Source of the DNA: Ilumatobacteraceae bacterium
GTDB lineage: Bacteria; Actinomycetota; Acidimicrobiia; Acidimicrobiales; Ilumatobacteraceae
DNA: 64,000 bases
NCBI GenBank assembly: GCA_963772825.1
Contig: CAVYYX010000001.1
Coordinates: forward strand, 53,976-117,975
Direction: 5' to 3'
Positions 55,720 to 63,545 of this stretch are shown piece by piece. Position numbers and translations under genes: made by a program. Numbering within the stretch: the stretch's first letter is position 1; each line of letters starts with the position of its first letter. Below the pieces are notes generated by a model. The model did no database searches. It saw only the letters and a program-made list of their open reading frames with translations, and was not told the origin of the DNA.

Positions 55720-57060
55720 ATGAGTGGCCTGGTTGTCTCGGTAGAGGCGGTCTCCAAGTCGTTCCGCATCGCCACCGACCCCGTCAACTCGCTCAAGGAA
55801 CGCTTGTTGCGACTCCATCGACCCGGTCATGTCGAGTTCGAAGCACTTCACGACATCAGCTGCGCGATCAACGAGGGCGAGACGGTCGGGATCCTCGGAC
55901 ACAACGGCTCGGGCAAGTCGACGCTGCTCAAGTGCATCGCCGGCATCCTCACGCCGACCGCCGGGCAGGTGCGGGTTGCCGGGCGGCTGGCCTCGCTGCT
56001 CGAGCTCGGCGCTGGCTTCCACCCGGAACTGTCGGGGCGCGAGAACGTCTACATCAACGCCGCCTTCTACGGGATGCCCCGCAAGGAGACCGACCGCCGC
56101 TTCGACGAGATCGTCGCCTTCGCCGAGCTGCAGCAGTTCATCGACGAGCCGGTCAAGCACTACTCGTCGGGAATGTACGTCCGCCTCGGCTTCGCCGTGG
56201 CGGTCAACCTCGATCCCGACGTACTGCTCGTCGACGAGGTCCTGGCCGTTGGCGACGAGCTGTTCCAGGCCAAGTGCCTGAGCCGGATCAGGCAGTTCCA
56301 GACCGAAGGGCGCACGATCGTCTTCGTCACCCACGACGCCGCCACCGTACGCCAGGTGTGCGACCGGGCGATCGTCCTCGACCACGGCCGGCTCGTCCTC
56401 GATGGGCCGCCGGGCGACGCCATCCGCACGTTCCGTGAGCATCTCCACGGCACGCTTGCCGACGTCCCGGACGTCGCCCACCGACTCGACGGCGCCGGCG
56501 TGATCAGCCACGTCGAGATCCACCACGGCCACCTGGCCACCCGCCGGTACCTGCTCCCGGGCGAGCCGCTCGACATCGTCGTCGACGTCGCGCCGGAGAA
56601 GCCGATCACCGATCCCGTGATGCGTGTCGAGATCGATGACCGCTCCGGCAACTGCCTGTTCGCCGTCGATAGCGACGCCCTCGGCCAGCCGCTTCCGGCG
56701 ATCGACGGTCCGCAGCAGTTCCGCATCGCGATCAAGGGCGTGTGGCTGCTCGACGGCGAGTACCCCGTCTCGATCCGCCTCGCCGACCGGGTCACCGGCA
56801 CGGTGATCGACTGGCGCGAGTCCGTCGCCCGCTTCGAGGTCGTCAACGAGGGGCGGGCGGTAGGGTACCGTCGCCCTCGACGTGACGATCGCGGCGTCCC
56901 CCGGCCACGCAGGCCCGTCGAGCTCCTCGGCCTGGCGCCTCGTCGTTCGCAGCTGTCGACGGCGAATGAGCGGTCCGGCCAGCTCCAGGTCACACAGCTA
57001 CGATTCGTCAGCGGTGTCCGCACACGTCCCCGCCGTCGGCTCACCCGCCGCGTCGGGTGA
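55720..57060 (+). CDS. wzt: Polysaccharide export ABC transporter ATP-binding protein with C-terminal extension domain (Wzt type)
   Basis: Walker A GHNGSGKST, signature YSSGMYVRLGF, Walker B LLVDEVLAVGD, then an extra beta-rich domain of about 130 aa (VISHVEIHHG...SIRLAD...ARFEVVNEG). The last 65 or so codons are Arg-rich repeat-derived sequence, so the real stop may be TAG 56861-56863 after a 1-nt indel. Confidence 0.8.
   Translation: MSGLVVSVEAVSKSFRIATDPVNSLKERLLRLHRPGHVEFEALHDISCAINEGETVGILGHNGSGKSTLLKCIAGILTPTAGQVRVAGRLASLLELGAGFHPELSGRENVYINAAFYGMPRKETDRRFDEIVAFAELQQFIDEPVKHYSSGMYVRLGFAVAVNLDPDVLLVDEVLAVGDELFQAKCLSRIRQFQTEGRTIVFVTHDAATVRQVCDRAIVLDHGRLVLDGPPGDAIRTFREHLHGTLADVPDVAHRLDGAGVISHVEIHHGHLATRRYLLPGEPLDIVVDVAPEKPITDPVMRVEIDDRSGNCLFAVDSDALGQPLPAIDGPQQFRIAIKGVWLLDGEYPVSIRLADRVTGTVIDWRESVARFEVVNEGRAVGYRRPRRDDRGVPRPRRPVELLGLAPRRSQLSTANERSGQLQVTQLRFVSGVRTRPRRRLTRRVG
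56893..56947 (+). repeat. Interspersed repeat family A, copy 3 (wzt / priming-transferase junction)
   Basis: GGCGTCCCCCGGCCACGCAGGCCCGTCGAGCTCCTCGGCCTGGCGCCTCGTCGTT. Confidence 0.65.
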
Positions 57061-58504
57061 CGTCAGGACCGGCGTGACACCTCGGTCGGCGGCCGGCGAT
57101 CCAGTGGTCGATGTGGTCGAGGAGGTTGAGCCCGAGGACAAGTCACGGCCGGTGCTTCCCGGCACAGAGTGGCTCGTGCGTCGGCTGCACGGCCCGCTGC
57201 GCACGATGTGGCGCCACGGGTTCCGCTTCCTGTTCCTGCTCGACGCCGTCGGCCTGTTCGGTTCGATGGTGTTGATCAACCTCGTCCGCTTCGGGACCGA
57301 TTGGCCGACGTACTCGGCGTCGTTCTATCTCGTCGGGTTCGTCGCGGCGACGGCGATCCACCTCGTCATCAACTACTTCTACGGCCTCTACGAACGCGAG
57401 CCGCGTCTCGGCCGGCGCCCGTGGCTGCCGCGCGCCGTCGTGGCGATGGCGATCGGCGTCGGCATCCAGCTCGTCACGTTCGTATTCCTCGACCGCTACC
57501 TGATGCCTCGTCTCAACCTCGGAGTGTTCCTGATCGTCGGCGCTGTCGTGCTCGTCGCCAACCGCCACGTCAGCCGGATCCTCGCCCGGCGCCGCCAAGG
57601 GCCGCCACGCGTCGTTCTCGTCGGCTCGTTCGTCGATGCCGAACTGGCGAGCCGGCACATCGAGGCAACGGAGCGCGAGGTCGAAGTCGTCGGCCACGTC
57701 ACCGACCCCAGCGAGCTCGCCGCGGTGCTCGACGCTGGTCGCGGCACCGACGTGCTGCTGCTCGACTCGTTCAGCCTCGACGCCGCCTTCCCGGAGCCGA
57801 TGACGACGCTCGAGGCCGACGGCGTCGGCTTCCTCCAGCGGGTCAGCGCACGCGACACGCTGCTCGGGTTACAGGCCGTGCGGGAGATCGCCGGGATGCC
57901 GTTCGTCCCCCTGCTCGTACACAGCTTCCCGTCCTACAAGGCGTTGCTCAAGCGGCTCTTCGATCTCGCCTTGCTCGTGCTCACCGCGCCACTCAGCCTC
58001 CCGGTGCTCGCCCTGCTGGCGCTCTACGTCAGGGTTCGCGCCGGCAGCCCGGTGCTCTATCACCAGCCGCGCATCGGCAAGAACGCTGAACCGTTCAGGG
58101 TCGTCAAGTTCCGCACGATGGTGGTCGACGCCGAGACGCGTGGGCCGCGCCTGGCGACGGTCGATGACGACCGCATCGTCAAGGGACTGCGCTGGCTGCG
58201 CTCGACGCGACTCGACGAGCTGCCCCAACTGTGGAACGTGCTGCGGGGCGAGATGTCGCTCGTCGGCCCGCGGCCCGAACGCCCGGAGCTCACCCTCGAC
58301 ATCGAGCGCTCGGTGTCGGGCTGGGTGCGCCGCCACCAGCTCCCGCCGGGGCTCACCGGTCTCGCCCAGATCCACGGACGCTACGCCACCAACCCCGAGT
58401 ACAAGATCGGCTACGACCTCCAGTACCTCGTCAACTGGTCGCCGGTGCTCGACCTGCAGATCCTCGCCAGGACCATCTGGGTCGTCCTGTCCCGCCGCCT
58501 CTAG
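56966..58504 (+). CDS. Polyprenyl-phosphate glycosyl-phosphotransferase (WbaP/CpsE-like bacterial sugar transferase)
   Basis: N-terminal TM bundle, central domain, and C-terminal catalytic domain (KRLFDLALLVL...KFRTM...DELPQLWNVLRGEMSLVGPRPERP...PGLTGLAQI). Start is uncertain (ATG 56966 or a later GTG). Confidence 0.85.
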   Translation: MSGPASSRSHSYDSSAVSAHVPAVGSPAASGDVRTGVTPRSAAGDPVVDVVEEVEPEDKSRPVLPGTEWLVRRLHGPLRTMWRHGFRFLFLLDAVGLFGSMVLINLVRFGTDWPTYSASFYLVGFVAATAIHLVINYFYGLYEREPRLGRRPWLPRAVVAMAIGVGIQLVTFVFLDRYLMPRLNLGVFLIVGAVVLVANRHVSRILARRRQGPPRVVLVGSFVDAELASRHIEATEREVEVVGHVTDPSELAAVLDAGRGTDVLLLDSFSLDAAFPEPMTTLEADGVGFLQRVSARDTLLGLQAVREIAGMPFVPLLVHSFPSYKALLKRLFDLALLVLTAPLSLPVLALLALYVRVRAGSPVLYHQPRIGKNAEPFRVVKFRTMVVDAETRGPRLATVDDDRIVKGLRWLRSTRLDELPQLWNVLRGEMSLVGPRPERPELTLDIERSVSGWVRRHQLPPGLTGLAQIHGRYATNPEYKIGYDLQYLVNWSPVLDLQILARTIWVVLSRRL

Positions 58505-58511
58505 CGACCTA

Positions 58512-58542
58512 TGTAGTCACGAGCTAGGCTATTGTGACTACA
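58512..58542. promoter_or_regulatory. Palindromic candidate operator TGTAGTCAC-N13-GTGACTACA overlapping the antitoxin start codon
   Basis: Perfect 9-bp inverted arms. The right arm ends in the A of the ATG at 58542. Confidence 0.55.
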
Positions 58543-58799
58543 TGGACGTCGCCATTCGTGACCTCAAGGCCAAGCTCTCCGCCTACCTGAAGCGCGCCTC
58601 GGCGGGAGAACTGATCACCGTCACCGACCGCGGGCGGCCGGTCGCCATCCTCGGCCCGCCGCTCAACGTCGTCGACCTCGATGCCGCTGCCGAGGCCGGA
58701 TGGGTGACTCCCGCGTCGGCCACTGGACTGCGACCCGTGCGCCGTCACCAGTCGAGGTCGACCGTCGAGCAGGCGCTGGCCGAGGATCGTGCCGAATGA
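58542..58799 (+). CDS. vapB: Type II antitoxin (Phd/YefM-like fold)
   Basis: MDVAIRDLKAKLSAYLKRASAGELITVTDRGRPVAIL is the typical prevent-host-death N-terminus. Its stop overlaps the toxin start (ATGA). Confidence 0.75.
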   Translation: MDVAIRDLKAKLSAYLKRASAGELITVTDRGRPVAILGPPLNVVDLDAAAEAGWVTPASATGLRPVRRHQSRSTVEQALAEDRAE

Positions 58800-59197
58800 C
58801 GAGCTACGCGGATTCGAGCGCCCTGCTCAAGCGGTATCTCGACGAGCCGGACTCCGACCTGGCGGACGAGCTGCTGGCCGGCGACGACGAACTCGTCACC
58901 GGCCGCCACACGGTCGTCGAGGTGCGCCGCAACCTCGCCCGACTGCTGTCGGGCTCCGCGCTGCGCGCCAGCCGGGCGGCGTTCGCCAGCGACCTCGCCG
59001 CCTTCGCCATCGTCGAGCTCGACGCGGCCACCTGCGAGCTCGCCGCGACCATCGCCGAGCAGACCGGAGCCCGCTCCCTCGACGCCCTGCACCTCGGCGC
59101 GGCGAGGCGCCTCGGCACCGCCTTGACGTTCATCACTTTCGATGTGCGACAGGGCCAGATCGCCCGAACGCTCGGTTTCCGGGTGGCCGGCCGATGA
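58796..59197 (+). CDS. vapC: PIN-domain toxin (VapC-type ribonuclease)
   Basis: 133 aa. Acidic PIN residues in YADSSALLKRYLDEPDS, ...VVEV..., ARSLDALHLGAA and FITFD. Confidence 0.8.
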   Translation: MTSYADSSALLKRYLDEPDSDLADELLAGDDELVTGRHTVVEVRRNLARLLSGSALRASRAAFASDLAAFAIVELDAATCELAATIAEQTGARSLDALHLGAARRLGTALTFITFDVRQGQIARTLGFRVAGR

Positions 59198-59220
59198 CCC
59201 TCGGCACGCCCACCGCCGAC

Positions 59221-59264
59221 CGATGGGTGTTTACATGACCGTTCCGTCATGAAAACACCCATCG
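59221..59264. terminator. Hairpin CGATGGGTGTTT-a-CATGAC-cgttcc-GTCATG-a-AAACACCCATCG
   Basis: 18 of 19 stem positions pair. Lies 24 nt after the vapC stop. The ATG at 59249 of the next ORF sits inside the inner stem. Confidence 0.6.
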
Positions 59265-60249
59265 ATTGCCAGAAGGGGGCGGGGACGGGCGACTGGCCAG
59301 CCGTCGCCGTCGTGATGCCGGTGCGCAACGAGGCCGCCGACCTGCGCCGCGCCGTCGCCGCCGTGCGTGCCCAGGAGTACCCGGGCGCGCTGCAGATCTG
59401 CGTGGCAGTGGCGCCGAGCGAGGACGACACCGCGACAGTCGCCGCCGAGCTCGCCGCCGCACACGACGACGTCATCGTCGTCGCCAATCCCGCCGGCACA
59501 ACGCCTGCGGGACTCAACGCGGCAATCGCCGCGACGACCGGCGACGTCGTCGTGCGCGTCGACGGTCATGCCGAGCTCTCCCCCGGCTACCTCCGCCGGG
59601 CTGTCGAGACGCTCCAGAGGACCGGGGCAGTGAACGTCGGCGGAATCCAGCATGCCGTCGGCACGACGCCGTTCGAGCGGGCGGTCGCCGACGCCATGAC
59701 CTCGCGTTTCGGGACCGGCGACGCCACGTTCCACTACGGCGGAGCCGAGGGACCGACCGACACCGTGTACCTCGGCGTCTTCGACCGGGCGGCGCTCGAG
59801 GCGGCCGGCGCGCTATGACGAGGCTCTCGAACGCAACCAGGACTACGAACTCAACATCCGGTTGCGCCAAGCGGGCGGCGTGGTGTGGTTCGATCCCGAG
59901 CTGTCCGTCTCTTACCGCCCGCGGGGCACACTGCGTGGCCTCGCCCGGCAGTACTTCGACTACGGACGGTGGAAGCGTCGGGTGATCGGCCGGCACCCAC
60001 GCTCGCTGCGCTGGCGCCAGGCGGTCCCCCCGGCCGTGACTCTCACTGTCGTCGGCGGTCTGCTCGGCAGCGCTGTCATCGCGCCGAGCGCTGCTGTTCC
60101 CCACCGGCTACGCCGTCGCCGTCGCGGCTGCGGCGTTCAGTACCGGCTCAAACGCCGGAAGTCGGGTCCGCCTGATGGCGATCTTCCCGACGATGCACCT
60201 GTCGTGGGGCGCAGGGTTCCTGCTCGGGGCACCGCACCGCGTGTCGTGA
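59249..60249 (+). pseudogene. Family 2 glycosyltransferase with two frame breaks
   Basis: Three frames give VAVVMPVRNEA...VRVDGHAE, then YDEALERNQDYELNIRLRQAGGVVWFDP...YFDYGRWKRRV, then LLFPTGYAVAVAAAAF...MHLSWGAGFLLGAP. Breaks at about 59808-59815 and 60088-60095. Stop TGA 60247-60249. Confidence 0.7.
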
Positions 60250-60268
60250 CGGCGGAGAGCGCTGCCCC

Positions 60269-61051
60269 TCAGGACGTCCGTGCCGGGTCGACGCCGGCGT
60301 CGACCGAGCGGACACGGTCGAGCCAGCCGAACAGCACAGCGATCGCTCGCGGGTCGTGACGGAGCCGGTGCCCGGCGCCGACGAGCAGGCTCAGTTCTGC
60401 CGACCCGTGGGCAGCGGCGAGCTGGCGGGCGTCGGTGGTCGGCACGCTCTCGTCGTCGTCACCGTGCATCACCAGCAGAGGCCGCGGGGCGAAACGGCGG
60501 GAGGCGTCGATCGGGCGAAAGCGGCGGAATGCCCGGCTCCACTCCTCGAACGACGCAGGGAACCCGGGGGTGTTGATCGCCCCGATGTCACGGGCGTGCT
60601 CGAGGAAGCGGCGCGGGTGCTCTGCCCAGTCGTCGAAGTCGGCGCGTGGGCTGAGCAACGCAGCGCCGCACACCCGCGGATCGTCGGCGGCGACGCAGAT
60701 GGCGATCGAGCCGCCCGTGTTGGTGCCGATCAGCACGACGTCGGACGGCGACGTCTCGGCGACGACGTAGTCGATGGCGCTGCGCAGGTCGTCGACCCAG
60801 CCCTGCAGCGAGAAGTCGCCGGCGCTGGTGCCGGTGCCTCGGAAGTTGAACGTCATCCCGACGTACCCGAGGTCGTGGGCGATGCGGTCGACGAACTGCG
60901 GGAACGTGCCCGCCGAGCGGCGGGCGTCGATCGGCCCGATCGGGAAGCCGTGGCACAGGATCGCCGCCGGACGCTGCCCGGCCGTCGATCCGGTTGGCAC
61001 GGTGAGGTGGCACGCCAGCGAGTGGGGTCCGGAGCGGAACGTGCCCTTCAT
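60269..61051 (-). CDS. Alpha/beta hydrolase
   Basis: AAILCHGFP, the nucleophile region LIGTNTGGSIA, and LVMHGDDDESVP...GAGHRL. Start at ATG 61051 (MKGTFRSGP). Confidence 0.7.
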   Translation of the reverse strand: MKGTFRSGPHSLACHLTVPTGSTAGQRPAAILCHGFPIGPIDARRSAGTFPQFVDRIAHDLGYVGMTFNFRGTGTSAGDFSLQGWVDDLRSAIDYVVAETSPSDVVLIGTNTGGSIAICVAADDPRVCGAALLSPRADFDDWAEHPRRFLEHARDIGAINTPGFPASFEEWSRAFRRFRPIDASRRFAPRPLLVMHGDDDESVPTTDARQLAAAHGSAELSLLVGAGHRLRHDPRAIAVLFGWLDRVRSVDAGVDPARTS

Positions 61052-61070
61052 CCCGGCGACCCAGCTCCCG

Positions 61071-61295
61071 TCACGATCGCGGCGTGCGCACCACGCGGTG
61101 GGAGCCCGGCGTCGCCAGGTGATAACCACGATTGCGGGCCTCGGCGAGCGTGTCCGGGGAGAACCCGATGCCGACCCCGAGGTCGACGAACTCCTCTACC
61201 GCAGCGGCGTCTTCCCACGCGTCGAGGTCGTACACCAGCTGCGTGCGCTTGTCGCCGACATATCGGTGGTGCTCGAACCGCGACGGACGCTTCAC
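61071..61295 (-). CDS. Hypothetical small protein (74 aa)
   Basis: ORF with protein-like composition (RYVGDKRTQLVYDLDAWEDAAAVEEFVDLGVGIGFSPDTLAEARNRGYH). The C-terminus may be distorted. No family firmly recognised. Confidence 0.35.
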   Translation of the reverse strand: MKRPSRFEHHRYVGDKRTQLVYDLDAWEDAAAVEEFVDLGVGIGFSPDTLAEARNRGYHLATPGSHRVVRTPRS

Positions 61296-61407
61296 GAGCC
61301 GAACGGTAGCGACCGGAGGCAGCCGTCAACGCAGCACGGCGAGCATCAACCGGATCAGCCCGACGACGCTGGGCGTCAGCGTGCAGCCCGCCGACCTCCA
61401 CGGTCGT

Positions 61408-61454
61408 GTTCGCTGACACAGAGAGGCTTCGATCGGCGTGTCAACACAGCGAAC
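61408..61454. terminator. Hairpin GTTCGCTG ... CAGCGAAC downstream of the FN3 gene (minus strand)
   Basis: 8-bp outer stem plus partial inner pairing, 17 nt beyond the stop at 61471. Confidence 0.4.
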
Positions 61455-61470
61455 GTTCTCTGACTCGGCA

Positions 61471-62397
61471 TTAGCAGTCGTTGATCACCGTGTTGCTCGG
61501 CGCCGAGACGTTGCCCGACGTGTCGACCGCTGTCAGGAAGATCTCGGTCGGCCCCGTCGATACGCAGGAGACGAACGCTCGACCCTGGCCGATGACAGCG
61601 CCGCCGAGCGCGCCATCGACGAAGATGTCGTAGCGGATCTGCGACTGGGGGTCGGTGTCGTCGGTTGACTGGCTCCAGAACAACTCGATGTCGAGCGGGT
61701 CGCTCGACGAGCTGATGCGCAGGTTCGTCGGGGCGGTCGGTGGCTGCACGTCGGTGACGGCTGTCGTCGTCACCGCGAGCACGTTGCTCACGGCGACGTT
61801 ACCGGCGGCGTCGCGGACGGTGACCTGGAACTGGTAGGCCGTCGCGGGTGTCAGATTCTGCACCGTCTCCGACGGCGGGCCGAGACGGTCGACGAAGTAC
61901 GGGCTCCCGTCGACGAGCAGCGTGGTCCACACCTGACTGATGTCGTCGACCGCTTGCGTCCAGGCGAGCGAGACCCTGGTCGGCGACACCGAGGTCGCCG
62001 ACAGCGTCGGCGCCGGGCTCGGCGGCGTCGTGTCGGGTGGTGTGGTGAGGCTCACGGTGTTGCTGTTCGCCGAGCGGTTGCCGGCCGCGTCGATGGCATA
62101 CACCGAGAACGTGTGCGTGCGGTCGGGCAGCAGCTTCGATCGGGTGAGCGTCGTCTGCGGCGGGTTGACCCGGATGCACCCGCTGCCGTTCGTCTGCACG
62201 CAGTACCAGAAGTTCGACGAGTTGTCGCTCGACGCATTCCAGGCCAGCGACACACTGGTGTCGGTCGACGCCGTGATGCGCAGATTGCCAGGCGTCGTCG
62301 GCGGCGTGCGATCCCGTGCCGCGTCGGCCGGCGCGACGGTGACGAGCAGCCCCAGCGCGACGGTGGCGGCGACCACGGCAGAGCGATATCGGGGCAT
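61471..62397 (-). CDS. Secreted protein with three fibronectin type III domains
   Basis: Signal peptide (VVAATVALGLLVTVAPADA). Three repeats of the pattern PP..P.NLR....S..S..L.W...D.......Y.........AY.F.V.A.D.AGN.S. GGGGAGG lies before the ATG. Confidence 0.8.
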   Translation of the reverse strand: MPRYRSAVVAATVALGLLVTVAPADAARDRTPPTTPGNLRITASTDTSVSLAWNASSDNSSNFWYCVQTNGSGCIRVNPPQTTLTRSKLLPDRTHTFSVYAIDAAGNRSANSNTVSLTTPPDTTPPSPAPTLSATSVSPTRVSLAWTQAVDDISQVWTTLLVDGSPYFVDRLGPPSETVQNLTPATAYQFQVTVRDAAGNVAVSNVLAVTTTAVTDVQPPTAPTNLRISSSSDPLDIELFWSQSTDDTDPQSQIRYDIFVDGALGGAVIGQGRAFVSCVSTGPTEIFLTAVDTSGNVSAPSNTVINDC

Positions 62398-62532
62398 CGT
62401 GACCTCCCCAAGATGTCAGCGGCGATGTACACCGATCACTACGGCGAACCTCGCCGATCGGTTCTCGTCGGCGATCGAGCCGGTTCGGAGCCGAAGGCGA
62501 CAGGCGCGCGGTCCGGCACTTCCGAACTGCGG

Positions 62533-62563
62533 AGTGAGATGCACCGAGTCGGTGCATCTCACT
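62533..62563. other. Perfect 13-bp hairpin AGTGAGATGCACC-gagtc-GGTGCATCTCACT flanked by direct repeat ACTGCGGAG
   Basis: Read directly. The direct repeats at 62526-62534 and 62561-62569 overlap the stem ends. Lies in the stretch without an intact ORF. Confidence 0.6.
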
Positions 62564-62643
62564 GCGGAGAACGAGCGTGGTGCCGCAAGTCCGTTGTGAG
62601 ACGCCTGGGCATCCGATTCGCCTCGCCTGGCTCGCGTGCGGCG

Positions 62644-63038
62644 ATGCCCGTCGGCGGCGTGGGTTCGACGTTGGTGGCATTCGTCGGTCGCGGAGTCGTG
62701 GCCACCGCCGGTGCCGACGAGAACAGCGGTCCCGAAGTGCGATCGACAGCACCGATCTGTCTCCCTCATCGTCGGCGACCGACGGCACTGCTCTAACCGC
62801 CTTCGGGTGTCGACGTACGTCGTCGTCGCAGGGGACAGCCTGAACGTCATCGCCGATCGCGCCTGTGTCTCCATGTCCGACCTGGAGCGGCGTCTCCGTG
62901 GGTAGCCCCCGAATGACCACGGACGAGTTGTCGATACCCGCCGACGCCGCGTCGCTAACCCCCCGGGCCACCGTGGGCCCCGTCGGGCTCGATTACGAGA
63001 GCGGCGTGTTTCACTGGCCCTACAACTTCGAGTTCTGA
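62644..63038 (+). pseudogene. Possible small secreted LysM-domain protein, split over at least three frames
   Basis: A signal-like MPVGGVGSTLVAFVGRGVVATAGA in one frame. LysM-like TYVVVAGDSLNVIADRACVSMSDLERR in a second. A LysM-end-like TTDELSIPADA...FHWPYNFEF-stop in a third. This reconstruction is speculative. Confidence 0.3.
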
Positions 63039-63545
63039 GACCCGTCCAGTTACGCCACGCCAGAGTGCATAGATGCCTGGCATTTCCTGCTGCGTGTCTA
63101 ACGTGATCGAGCGTCGGACCCCCCGAGCTTCTTGACGCGCTCGATGCGCTGCCAGACCTGGTTCCGGCAGACATCATGGAGAAGGCGACGCGTGTCGCCC
63201 GCGTCTGAACAACGCGCACAAGGATGTGTGGGCACAGCTGGCGCCTCTCTTCCTCGGGTGCGGCGATGCGGGGCGTGTGCCCGCAGAACGTACGCTGCCC
63301 CGGACGACCCGTCTGCCTCCTCCGACGACGATCGGACCGATTGTCGCGCCCTCCGCCGTGAACACTTCGCCGGCGCCGCCAGCACATTTCCTGCCCCAGC
63401 GAGCACCTGAGCAGCCCACCAGAAGGGTGCGCTCCCGGAGATTTCGTTGGGCCAGCCAGCTCGGCTACGGCGAGGTCCCGTGGCGCCTCCGACGTCGTAG
63501 CCTGGCGCCCAGTGTCACGACGGGATCAATCTGGGCAGCGAACAC

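Noticed and set aside
62400-62643. Cyclic-di-AMP (ydaO-type) riboswitch upstream of the LysM-like ORF.
   Set aside because: The conserved GGGGA(N)CC and ...CCGACAGCUAACC... blocks that I remember from ydaO elements are absent. Only a vague GAGCCGAAGGCGACAGG resemblance exists.
63098-63419. WhiB-like transcription factor remnant on the minus strand.
   Set aside because: Only short fragments in three different frames resemble WhiB (W..KC....E.F..EG; VW..ER..KKL). The diagnostic C-X2-C-X5-C spacing and the GVWGG motif could not be reconstructed. It is kept as a remark in the finding on the 62398-63545 stretch, not as a feature.
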